From assembly GCA_002688105.1 (NCBI GenBank), contig NZBQ01000006.1, forward strand, positions 1-46,014: 46,014 nucleotides of DNA, given 5' to 3'. Position numbers and translations under genes: made by a program. The stretch is from Dehalococcoidales bacterium. GTDB lineage: Bacteria; Chloroflexota; Dehalococcoidia; Dehalococcoidales; GCA-2688105. The notes under the pieces are model-generated. The model saw only the letters and a list, made by a program, of their open reading frames with translations. It searched no databases and was not told the origin of the DNA. Shown here one piece after another: positions 1-8,406 of the stretch (position 1 is its first letter; the number at the start of each line of letters is the position of its first letter).

Positions 1-148
1 ATGAAGTAATCTCACACAGATGATATATTGAGGAACGAGATTGCTTCGCCTTCGGCTCGCAATGACAGCACCAACTAAAACCGAACAGTACCGTGGAAAG
101 GTGATTCTTTACTGCGATGAAAAGGGATAATATAATAGTGAGATTAGC

Positions 149-1510
149 ATGAATAATAAAAATGTGGTACTGCTTATTGCCACCTTAAGCGCCTTCCTGG
201 CCCCATTTATAGGCTCTTCCATCAACATTGCCCTCCCCTCAATTGGCAGAGAATTTGCCATGGATGCAATTTTACTAAGCTGGGTGCCTACCGCATATCT
301 TCTAGCCATAGCTGTATTTCTTATCCCCTTCGGAAGAATAGCCGACATACACGGCAGGAAGAAGATTTTCACCTACGGGATATTGATTTATACTATTGCC
401 ACTATTCTTTCCGCAATTTCAACTTCCGCCACTATGCTCATTGCCTTCCGAATTCTACACGGAATAGGCGGTGCCATGATTTTTGGTACCGGGGTAGCCA
501 TCCTAACCTCAGTATTTCCGGTTGGTGAGAGGGGCAAAGCCTTAGGCATAACTGTGGCGGCGGTTTACATAGGGCTGTCACTTGGACCAGTTTTGGGGGG
601 ACTTTTGACACAGCATTTTGGCTGGAGGAGTATTTTCTGGGCCAGCGTACCTCTCAGCTTGATAATTATCGCGGCTATTTTCTGGAAGCTAAAAGGGGAG
701 TGGGCGGAGGCCAAAGGTGAGAAATTCGACCTTATCGGTTCCATAATCTACAGCCTTGCTCTTATAGCCCTAATATACGGCCTTTCTCTTCTGCCGGAGA
801 TAGCAGGCATATGGACAATTCTAATCGGCATACTGGGGATTTTGGCATTCATTTGGTGGGAGAAGAAGACGAAGAGTCCCGTCTTGAATATAAAGCTCTT
901 TGAGGATAATGCCGTCTTCACTTTTTCTAATCTGGCCGCCTTGATTAGTTACAGCGCTACATTTGCCGTCGCTTTCCTCTTAAGCCTTTACTTGCAGTAT
1001 ACCAAAGGGCTCAGCCCACAAAACGCTGGCTTAATTTTATTATCCATGCCCGTGGTGCAGGCTATTTTTTCACCGCTTGCCGGCAGGCTTTCCGACAGAA
1101 TTGAACCACGAATACTGGCCTCAGTGGGAATGGGACTGACGACTATAGGGCTTGTCCTTTTCACTTTTCTAGACCAGAATACAGCTATCGTGTTCATCTT
1201 AGTCAGTTTGGTTATCATCGGTTTCGGTTTTGCCCTTTTCTCATCCCCCAATATGAATGCAATTATGAGTTCTGTTGAAAAGAGGTTTTACGGGGTAGCC
1301 TCAGCCACACTGGCCACAATGCGGTCAATCGGGATGATGCTCAGCATGGGAATCGCTATGGTGATATTTGCCGTATTCATCGGGAGGGTAGAAATTACAC
1401 CTGAATACTATCCCGTTTTTGTGAGGAGTCTGAAGGTAGCCTTTGTTATTTTTGCCGCCCTCTGTTTCGGAGGCATATTTGCCTCGCTGGCCAGAGGTAA
1501 GACACGCTGA
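149..1510 (+). CDS. MFS-family transporter (drug/H+ antiporter-like)
   Basis: 453-aa ORF made almost entirely of hydrophobic helices. It has an MFS motif-A-like loop 'FGRIADIHGRKKIF' after the second helix. Confidence 0.8.
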   Translation: MNNKNVVLLIATLSAFLAPFIGSSINIALPSIGREFAMDAILLSWVPTAYLLAIAVFLIPFGRIADIHGRKKIFTYGILIYTIATILSAISTSATMLIAFRILHGIGGAMIFGTGVAILTSVFPVGERGKALGITVAAVYIGLSLGPVLGGLLTQHFGWRSIFWASVPLSLIIIAAIFWKLKGEWAEAKGEKFDLIGSIIYSLALIALIYGLSLLPEIAGIWTILIGILGILAFIWWEKKTKSPVLNIKLFEDNAVFTFSNLAALISYSATFAVAFLLSLYLQYTKGLSPQNAGLILLSMPVVQAIFSPLAGRLSDRIEPRILASVGMGLTTIGLVLFTFLDQNTAIVFILVSLVIIGFGFALFSSPNMNAIMSSVEKRFYGVASATLATMRSIGMMLSMGIAMVIFAVFIGRVEITPEYYPVFVRSLKVAFVIFAALCFGGIFASLARGKTR

Positions 1511-1563
1511 AATTGTTTGGTGGACTGATAAAACAATGGCTCATCTAAAATGGGCTCATTTAA

Positions 1564-1869
1564 CTACCACTCCCCTAACTCCTCCAACGTCTTGACCACA
1601 CTACACATCCAGGCATTGGCCGGAGCACCACCCATAACAAAACCTACTGAAGTAGCTTCCAGGATTTCGGCTTTAGTGGCTCCAGCCTCCACTGCCGACT
1701 TAATTTGATATGTCATACAGCTGGTGCACCATGCCCGGAGCGCAACCGCCAGAGCTATTAACCGTTTGACCTTGCCACTGAGTGCCCCGTCTTTATATAC
1801 CTCATTAGTGAAAGCAGCATGGGCAGCCCCCACCTCCGGTAGCTCCTTCCAAAACTTACCTGTACCCAT
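1564..1869 (-). CDS. Carboxymuconolactone decarboxylase (AhpD-like) family protein
   Basis: 101 aa with the CMD-family helical core and redox-type motif 'WCTSCMTYQ'. The best SD (AAGGAG, 1915-1920) serves an upstream in-frame GTG that runs into a TGA (see finding). Confidence 0.7.
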   Translation of the reverse strand: MGTGKFWKELPEVGAAHAAFTNEVYKDGALSGKVKRLIALAVALRAWCTSCMTYQIKSAVEAGATKAEILEATSVGFVMGGAPANAWMCSVVKTLEELGEW

Positions 1870-2219
1870 TTTGAGCTCATTTCAAAGTTCCATCTGGCTT
1901 CCCACAATCAGTAACTCCTTTCATTTTATTTGTCGGGAATACCCAAGCCAAAATAATAACGCTGTGGGACATCTTAAGACAGACCTGCTTCACGAACAGT
2001 TCAATAGATATAATTTATGACCGATGGTAAAAGGCTGTGGGCGAAGGTGGAGAGATGCACTTAAACGGAAATATCTGCCTTATGTCTATTGCGCATCATT
2101 CTTCAGGATTGGTCACCACAGCTCCAAACATCAACAGCTACAACCCCTATCCCCAGGGGTACGATAGTTTATAATGCTTAGCCAGCCTCTGCCGATAAGA
2201 AAACTTTTATTCGACCCGA

Positions 2220-2411
2220 CTATTCATAGCTGCCGCCGATACGACCAACGGCGAAAGCGATGCATATTAAAAGTAAAAGTGCACTAATCCCAAACCAGAA
2301 TGGCCAAGTAAGTTCGACGCCGAATGAGGGGACTATGGCTAGTGCCGTAACAACACCCATTGCCGCACACAGCCCCCCAATGAGACCAAAAATCAAAGCT
2401 GTTATTCCCAT
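2220..2411 (-). CDS. Small membrane protein (two hydrophobic helices), unknown function
   Basis: 63-aa ORF. A strong SD (GAGGAGG) lies 7 nt upstream of the ATG, and the sequence is Gly/Ala/Ile-rich and hydrophobic. Confidence 0.5.
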   Translation of the reverse strand: MGITALIFGLIGGLCAAMGVVTALAIVPSFGVELTWPFWFGISALLLLICIAFAVGRIGGSYE

Positions 2412-2604
2412 AACCGGACCTCCTCATTAATATTTAGGTAGAAACGCCAGACACGCTTCAGCTTTATTTTGTCCCGTAGTTCTTATATAATCCACTAGTA
2501 GGTGATAATATCACGAAGTTGACAAAATATCCATACCCCCTAACCTGAAATTTAGAGTGTCAACCAAGTAAAAGACAATATGCCCTAATGAAAGGACTTA
2601 TATT

Positions 2605-3084
2605 ATGACCAGCCTAGAGCAAGAAGTAGGTGATTTGCTTCGTCAGAAAGAGCTAACCCTGGGGATAGTTGAATCAGCCACCGGTGGACTAATATCCCAC
2701 CTGATAACCAATATACCCGGTAGCTCGGACTACTATAAGGGGGCGGTTACTGCTTACAGCAATGAGGTCAAGATTAAGGTAATCGGGGTGAAAAAGGACA
2801 CCATCAACAAATATGGCGCGGTAAGCTACCAGGTGGCTGAAGAGATGGCACGGGGCGGTAAAAAAATACTAGCCGTAGACATATGCTTGGCTGATACCGG
2901 TATCGCCGGACCTGGCGGCGCTACCCGGGAAAAACCAGTAGGGCTACTCTACATCGGATTCTCAAGTCCAATTGGAACCTACACCCAGAAGCACGTCTTT
3001 CGGGGAAACCGAGAGCAAAATAAGCAAGAGGCGGCTGAGTCCGCCCTGGGCTGGCTGAAAGAATCCCTGACAAGACTAAAATAG
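2605..3084 (+). CDS. CinA C-terminal domain / nicotinamide-nucleotide amidohydrolase (PncC) family protein
   Basis: 159 aa with 'LGIVESATGGLISHLITNIPGSSDYYKGAVTAYSNEVK' and 'DTGIAGPGG', both typical of the CinA-C/PncC domain. Confidence 0.85.
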   Translation: MTSLEQEVGDLLRQKELTLGIVESATGGLISHLITNIPGSSDYYKGAVTAYSNEVKIKVIGVKKDTINKYGAVSYQVAEEMARGGKKILAVDICLADTGIAGPGGATREKPVGLLYIGFSSPIGTYTQKHVFRGNREQNKQEAAESALGWLKESLTRLK

Positions 3085-3093
3085 AGATTACTT

Positions 3094-3280
3094 ATTAAGG
3101 GAGTGTTAGAAAGGGCGATGCCCCTCCTTTTTAGTATCCTTCCCCCTCTCCTTTAGAGGAATGCGCAGTCGGCAATAAGGTTGGTAATCAATAGAGGGTG
3201 TTTAAGAGGGGCTAACGCCCCTCTTTATAAAATCTTCCCCCTCTCATTTGGAGGAGAGGAGGATTAAGGGAGTGAGGTAT
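3094..3280 (+). repeat. Two and a half diverged copies of a hairpin-containing intergenic repeat, each hairpin followed by a T-run
   Basis: Copy A starts at about 3094 ('ttaagggagtgttagaaagggcgatgcccctcctttttag...cttccccctctcctttagagga'). Copy B starts at about 3190 ('agagggtgtttaagaggggctaacgcccctctttataaaatcttccccctctcatttggagga'). A third partial start 'ttaagggagtgagg' is at about 3263. The stem 'agaggggc/gcccctct' is followed by T-rich sequence. Confidence 0.7.
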
Positions 3281-3366
3281 ATTAAAATCCCAAAACCCGT
3301 TTGTTATCATCACCTATCAATGCTATACTCTGGCATACATCAAAGGCTAGAAGGGAAAACTTTAGT

Positions 3367-4092
3367 ATGAAAAGAGCTGATGGGCGTGCCTGGGACGAGA
3401 TGCGACCGATAAAAATAACACCCGGTGCTCAGAGCTTTGCTGAAGGCTCAGCGCTGATAGAACTGGGGCTGACCCGGGTGCTATGCTCGGTGAGCGTCGA
3501 GGAAAGGGTACCCCGCTTCCTCAAGGGAGGAGGCACTGGCTGGGTTACCGCTGAATATGCCATGCTGCCCCGGGCTACGGTCAGCCGAACCCCCCGTGAT
3601 TCATCACTGGGCAGGATTGCCGGCAGAAGCCAGGAAATTCAGCGTCTCATCGGGCGCTCGCTGCGGGCAGTAACCGACCTCACGGCACTTGGGGAAAGGA
3701 CCTTAGTCGTAGATTGTGATGTACTGCAGGCAGACGGCGGCACCAGAACGGCGGCTATTACCGGCTCTTATACAGCCCTATACCAGGCAATACAGACCCT
3801 AAACAATATGGGAGTACTATCGTCCATACCTCTGGATAGCGCGGTAGCTGCCACCAGTATCGGCATTGTACATAGTCACATGATGCTAGACCTGTGCTAC
3901 GACGAAGACTGTGTCGCCGATGTCGACTTTAACGTGGTGATGACTGGTCAGGGTAAGTTTGTTGAAGTTCAGGGCACGGCTGAAGCCAATCCCTTCACCA
4001 AGGAGACCATTGACTCCTTACTCTCCCTGGCGGAAAAGGGCATCCAGCAATTATTCAAAGTCCAGCAGGCTGCCATAGAAACGTTAAAGTAG
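3367..4092 (+). CDS. rph: Ribonuclease PH
   Basis: '[20 protein letters not shown]', '[16 protein letters not shown]' and '[18 protein letters not shown]' are typical RNase PH. The track ORF starts at TTG 3301, but ATG 3367 matches the family N-terminus. Confidence 0.9.
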   Translation: MKRADGRAWDEMRPIKITPGAQSFAEGSALIELGLTRVLCSVSVEERVPRFLKGGGTGWVTAEYAMLPRATVSRTPRDSSLGRIAGRSQEIQRLIGRSLRAVTDLTALGERTLVVDCDVLQADGGTRTAAITGSYTALYQAIQTLNNMGVLSSIPLDSAVAATSIGIVHSHMMLDLCYDEDCVADVDFNVVMTGQGKFVEVQGTAEANPFTKETIDSLLSLAEKGIQQLFKVQQAAIETLK

Positions 4093-4095
4093 TAG

Positions 4096-5370
4096 CTAAG
4101 GGCGCACTTGCCCGCTACCGAAGATAATCCACTTATAGGTAGTCAGCTCCTTTACCCCAAGCGGACCACGGGCATGCAGTTTCTGGGTGCTAATGCCAAC
4201 CTCATCCCCCAGGCCAAACTGACCCCCATCGGTAAACCGGGTGCTGGCATTAGCATAGACACAGGCAGCATCCACCTCGTTAAGAAAGCGCATCACCGCC
4301 TGGTATTCCTCAGTAATAATAGCCTCGGAATGTCCGGAGCCATAGCGCTCAATATGCTCCAAAGCTTCATCCAGAGAAGCTACCACTTTAACCGCTGCCA
4401 CCAGCGATAGAAATTCCTTACCCCAATCCTCATCGGTAGCCGGAACCAGCTTCAAAGAAGGCTGTGATTTAAGGATAGCTAAAGCCCGCTTATCGCAGTG
4501 CATCTCCACCCCCGCCTTCGCCCACTCCGCCGCTACCAGGGGCAGGTAGCGCTCAGCAATATCAGCATGAATCAGCAGGCTGTCCAAGGCATTGCAAACC
4601 GTGGGGCGCTGCACCTTAGCATTAAAGGCTATAGCCACCGCTTTAGCCACATCAGCGCTCTGGTCAATATAGGTATGGCAAACTCCAATCCCACCGCTAA
4701 CCACCGGCATCGTTGCCCTTTCCGAGACAAACCTTATTAGCCCAGCTCCACCCCGGGGAATAACCAGGTTAATGATGTCATTCATCTCAAGCAGGCGGTC
4801 AACCAGAGCTCGGTCAGTATTATCAATAAACTGTACAGCACCATCAGGAACCCCAGCCCCTATTACCGCCTCCTGAACTAACTTGGCTAAGGCGCTATTA
4901 GAGTGAATCGCCTCCTTACCCCCCCTGAGGATAACGGCATTACCCGACTTCAGACAGAGGGCAGCGATGCCTATGGTAACATTAGGTCGGCTCTCGTAGA
5001 TAGCCCCGATTACCCCCAGCGGCACCAGTTTCTTGCCCACCTGCAAGCCATTGGGCAGAGTGCGCATATCAAATATATCGCCTACCGGGTCAGGAAGGGC
5101 AGCTACTGCCAGCACATCCTGAGCTATCGCCCCAAGGCGACTCTCCGATAGCATCAATCGGTCAAGCATGGCAGCACTCATCCCTGAGGCCTCACCTTCC
5201 AGATAATCAATCTGATTAGCCGCTAGTATCTCACCCTTTTTGGCTAACAGGTCATCAGAAATATTATGTAAAGCTTTATTCTTAACCTCAGCTGAAAGGT
5301 AAGCCAGGCGGCGAGACGCCGCCTTAGCCGCCTTACCCTTGGCTTCAAGCTCTTCGACAGGTGATTTCAT
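4096..5370 (-). CDS. proA: Gamma-glutamyl phosphate reductase
   Basis: 424 aa with the typical ProA N-terminus ('KAAKAASRRLAYLSAEVKNKAL') and the aldehyde-dehydrogenase-fold catalytic region 'VIPRGGAGLIRFV...GVCHTYID...CNALDSLLIH'. Confidence 0.95.
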   Translation of the reverse strand: MKSPVEELEAKGKAAKAASRRLAYLSAEVKNKALHNISDDLLAKKGEILAANQIDYLEGEASGMSAAMLDRLMLSESRLGAIAQDVLAVAALPDPVGDIFDMRTLPNGLQVGKKLVPLGVIGAIYESRPNVTIGIAALCLKSGNAVILRGGKEAIHSNSALAKLVQEAVIGAGVPDGAVQFIDNTDRALVDRLLEMNDIINLVIPRGGAGLIRFVSERATMPVVSGGIGVCHTYIDQSADVAKAVAIAFNAKVQRPTVCNALDSLLIHADIAERYLPLVAAEWAKAGVEMHCDKRALAILKSQPSLKLVPATDEDWGKEFLSLVAAVKVVASLDEALEHIERYGSGHSEAIITEEYQAVMRFLNEVDAACVYANASTRFTDGGQFGLGDEVGISTQKLHARGPLGVKELTTYKWIIFGSGQVRP

Positions 5371-5410
5371 GTCTTAGTCGCAGTCTCCTTCTTCTCATGA
5401 CTAAGATAAG

Positions 5411-6691
5411 TCAGGGAAACATTCCCCTGGTCATCATCGCCTCTTCTATTCGCTTTATCGCCAGCATATAGGCAGCGTTTCTCATGTCCACTTTCTCGCG
5501 CTGACTTATTTCTAGTACTTCGTGGAAGGTATTGTCCATCACCATTTGTAGCTGGCGGTTTACCTCATCTTCACTCCAGAAGAAAGATTGCAGGCCCTGT
5601 ACCCACTCAAAGTACGATACTACTACCCCACCGGCGTTAGCCAAGACATCAGGAACAACAAACTTCCCGTTGTCACCGAGGATATCGTCTGCTTCAGGAG
5701 TAATTGGCCCGTTGGCACCTTCTACAATCATCCTTGCTTTTACAGAGGCAGCATTGGGGGCACATATTGCATCTTCAAGGGCAGAGGGTAGTAATATGTC
5801 ACATGGTAGTTCCAGGAGTTCAGTGTTGGTTATGGCTTCAGCATCTTTGTAATTGACTACTGAACCCGTTGCCTTTTTGTGACTGCGCACCTCTTCTACA
5901 TCCAAGCCTTGCGGGTTATAAATGCCACCTTTGGAATCACTTACCGCTATAATTTTGCAGCCTTCTTTAGCCAGCAGTATAGCTGACACCGAGCCGACAT
6001 TACCAAAGCCCTGAACGGCTACCGTAGCTCCATCAAAGCTTATACCCAGATGCTGGGCGCTCAGCTTGGCAGTAATCGTGCAGCCACGGCCGGTTGCCTC
6101 AAACCTACCCTTACTACCACCAAGCGCTATAGGCTTACCGGTGACCACACCTAAAACCGAATAACCTTTATTCACACTATAGGTATCCATAATCCAGGCC
6201 ATGATTTGGGGGTTGGTGCCAACATCAGGAGCCGGGATATCTCTTTCTGGTCCTATCACCAGTGAGATATCACTGGCATAGCGCCGGGTTAATCTCTCGA
6301 GTTCGTCTTGAGACAGGACCTTGGGATCGCAAGTAACCGCTCCCTTGGCCCCGCCATAGGGTATATTGACGACAGCCGTCTTTAGCGTCATCCAAGCGGC
6401 TAGAGCCTTGGTTTCATCCAGGGTAACATCTGGATGGAAACGAATCCCTCCCTTAGCTGGGCCTCGGATGTCACTATGCTGAACCCGATAGCCGGTAAAA
6501 ACTTCTATCCTCCCGTCATCCATTTTTACCGGGAAATGAACGATGAGCTCCCGCTCACATTCCCTGAGTCTTAAATGGCAAGTTTCGCAGGTCTTCAATC
6601 TCTCACAAATAGCATCAATTCGCTGTTGCACCATTTCAAAGGGACTAGTTATTTCACAGGTTGCACCCCTTGGCTGCGTCTTTTCTGACAT
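5411..6691 (-). CDS. gdhA: NAD(P)-dependent glutamate dehydrogenase (Glu/Leu/Phe/Val dehydrogenase family)
   Basis: 426 aa with the catalytic Lys motif 'GPAKGGIRFHP', 'GGAKGAV' and the Rossmann motif 'GFGNVG'. Confidence 0.9.
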   Translation of the reverse strand: MSEKTQPRGATCEITSPFEMVQQRIDAICERLKTCETCHLRLRECERELIVHFPVKMDDGRIEVFTGYRVQHSDIRGPAKGGIRFHPDVTLDETKALAAWMTLKTAVVNIPYGGAKGAVTCDPKVLSQDELERLTRRYASDISLVIGPERDIPAPDVGTNPQIMAWIMDTYSVNKGYSVLGVVTGKPIALGGSKGRFEATGRGCTITAKLSAQHLGISFDGATVAVQGFGNVGSVSAILLAKEGCKIIAVSDSKGGIYNPQGLDVEEVRSHKKATGSVVNYKDAEAITNTELLELPCDILLPSALEDAICAPNAASVKARMIVEGANGPITPEADDILGDNGKFVVPDVLANAGGVVVSYFEWVQGLQSFFWSEDEVNRQLQMVMDNTFHEVLEISQREKVDMRNAAYMLAIKRIEEAMMTRGMFP

Positions 6692-6825
6692 TGCTAAAAC
6701 TCACTATACTTTCTATTTATTTTGCTTCTATTATAATATAATAAAGTTATTCCTGCTATAACAAAATATAGTAACCCCTATTCCATAATCTATAATACCT
6801 AATACCACCAAACCTATTTCGGGCT

Positions 6826-7098
6826 CTATTCAAGCGGGCCGCGTCCTTTAAAACGATAGTGATATAGCGGAGGAACTCCGCTCACCGCCCGATTAACTCT
6901 TCTCTTGAGAGAACACCTGCCTTTGCGATTGTCTTCCAGTACAATCATATACCCATCACCATCACTAACACGCATATATTCGGTGAGGGTAAATTCCCCC
7001 CACCAATTGATTGGTGATTCGTCCAGGAGCTTGTAATGAACTGTCGCCACAAACTCCTCCCCCTTAGACCTGTAGAGCTTACCGGTACTCAACTTCAA
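6826..7098 (-). CDS. Hypothetical 90-aa protein between proB and gdh
   Basis: The ORF starts (TTG) 10 nt after the proB stop and is preceded by 'AAAGGAAGG'. I recognised no family. Confidence 0.4.
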   Translation of the reverse strand: MKLSTGKLYRSKGEEFVATVHYKLLDESPINWWGEFTLTEYMRVSDGDGYMIVLEDNRKGRCSLKRRVNRAVSGVPPLYHYRFKGRGPLE

Positions 7099-7108
7099 AC
7101 CTTCCTTT

Positions 7109-8260
7109 CTAGAACACTACTAAATTATTTCGGTGCACTACTTCCGAGCCATAATCATAGCCAAGCAAGCTGGTAATCTTTCGAGAGTGTGCCCCCTTAA
7201 TAATATCAAGGTCACTGGAGCTATAGTTGGTTATACCACAACCAAGCCTGGTCCCCTGAGGGTCATAGATATTGACTATAGCACCGCGCTGGAATTTACC
7301 CTCAACATGACTGATACCGGCCGCCAGCAGACTTCGGTTCTGCTTTTTCAGTGCCAGAACCGCCCCTGAATCTACTACCAGCTTACCCTTAGTGGAGAGT
7401 CCACTGAGCATCCAGCGCTTCCGACTCTCAAGCCTACTGGTAGACGGCAAAAAACGGGTACCTACCGTCTCACCAGCAACCAGCCGCAAAATAACATTCG
7501 GCTCCCTGCCGTCAGCGACAATTACCGTCACCCCCGAGGCCGTAGCCAGCTTGGCTGCCTCTATCTTGGTAACCATACCTCCGGTGCCCAAATCACTGGG
7601 GGTATGAGCTGCCAGGCGTTCAATCCCCGAATCTATCCGGTCCACCTGCGGAATAAGCCGGGCAGAAGCGTCACGATGCGGGTCAGCCGTATATAGCCCG
7701 GCAGCATCGGTAAGCATTAACAGCAGGTCAGCATAAACCAGATTAGCTACCATAGCTGAAAGGTTATCATTATCACCGAACTTAGCTTCCTGAATCTCAT
7801 CCACCGCTACCACATCATTTTCATTGACGATACATATCACCTGCAGCTCCAGCAAAGCCAGAAGGGTATTGCGAGCATTTAGATAACCAGACCGGTCGGA
7901 AAGGTCAGCCTTGGTAAGTAAAGCTTGAGCTACAGTAATATCATGCTGGCTAAACAATTGCTCATAGACAGACATCAGGCGATTTTGTCCCACTGAAGCC
8001 AGCACCTGCCGCAAAGGAATATCCTTAACCTCCATGGTCAACCCCAGTTTATGCCTGCCCGAGGCTATAGCTCCAGAAGAAACTATAAGCAGTTCCATGT
8101 CCTGCTTTTGGAGCTGTGCCACCTGGGCAACCAAGTGAGACATTATGTCCTGATTCAAGCGGTCGCCACCGCCGGTGAGTAAGCTGGTGCCAAACTTAGC
8201 CACTACGCGGTGATAGGGCGCAACTGAGGGTTTCAGATTAGATTTTCCAATTTTAGCCAT
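7109..8260 (-). CDS. proB: Glutamate 5-kinase with C-terminal PUA domain
   Basis: 383 aa with '[13 protein letters not shown]', 'VSSGAIASG' and '[12 protein letters not shown]', plus a PUA-like C-terminus. Confidence 0.95.
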   Translation of the reverse strand: MAKIGKSNLKPSVAPYHRVVAKFGTSLLTGGGDRLNQDIMSHLVAQVAQLQKQDMELLIVSSGAIASGRHKLGLTMEVKDIPLRQVLASVGQNRLMSVYEQLFSQHDITVAQALLTKADLSDRSGYLNARNTLLALLELQVICIVNENDVVAVDEIQEAKFGDNDNLSAMVANLVYADLLLMLTDAAGLYTADPHRDASARLIPQVDRIDSGIERLAAHTPSDLGTGGMVTKIEAAKLATASGVTVIVADGREPNVILRLVAGETVGTRFLPSTSRLESRKRWMLSGLSTKGKLVVDSGAVLALKKQNRSLLAAGISHVEGKFQRGAIVNIYDPQGTRLGCGITNYSSSDLDIIKGAHSRKITSLLGYDYGSEVVHRNNLVVF

Positions 8261-8406
8261 CTAGAACCATCTTAAATAAATTTACTCTATTATAGCAAGC
8301 AAGGGAAGGCGGGACAAGGAGGCTTGTTGAGCCACCACTACTGTGCTAGAATTTTGCTGAAGGGTTAGTCGATTTCGGCTAGCCCTAGGGGTATTTGGAG
8401 AAGAAA

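Noticed and set aside
30-70. Hairpin-like element 'gagattgcttcgccttcggctcgcaatgac' near the window start, reminiscent of intergenic repeats seen in some uncultured lineages.
   Set aside because: There is only a single copy in this window, at the edge, with short stems. I cannot establish repetition or function from this sequence.
1882-1884. TGA upstream in the CMD/AhpD-like frame as a selenocysteine codon.
   Set aside because: Sec in AhpD-like selenoproteins replaces a Cys of the CxxC redox motif. Here the CxxC ('CTSC') is intact, the TGA lies in the extreme N-terminus, and I saw no SECIS-like hairpin.
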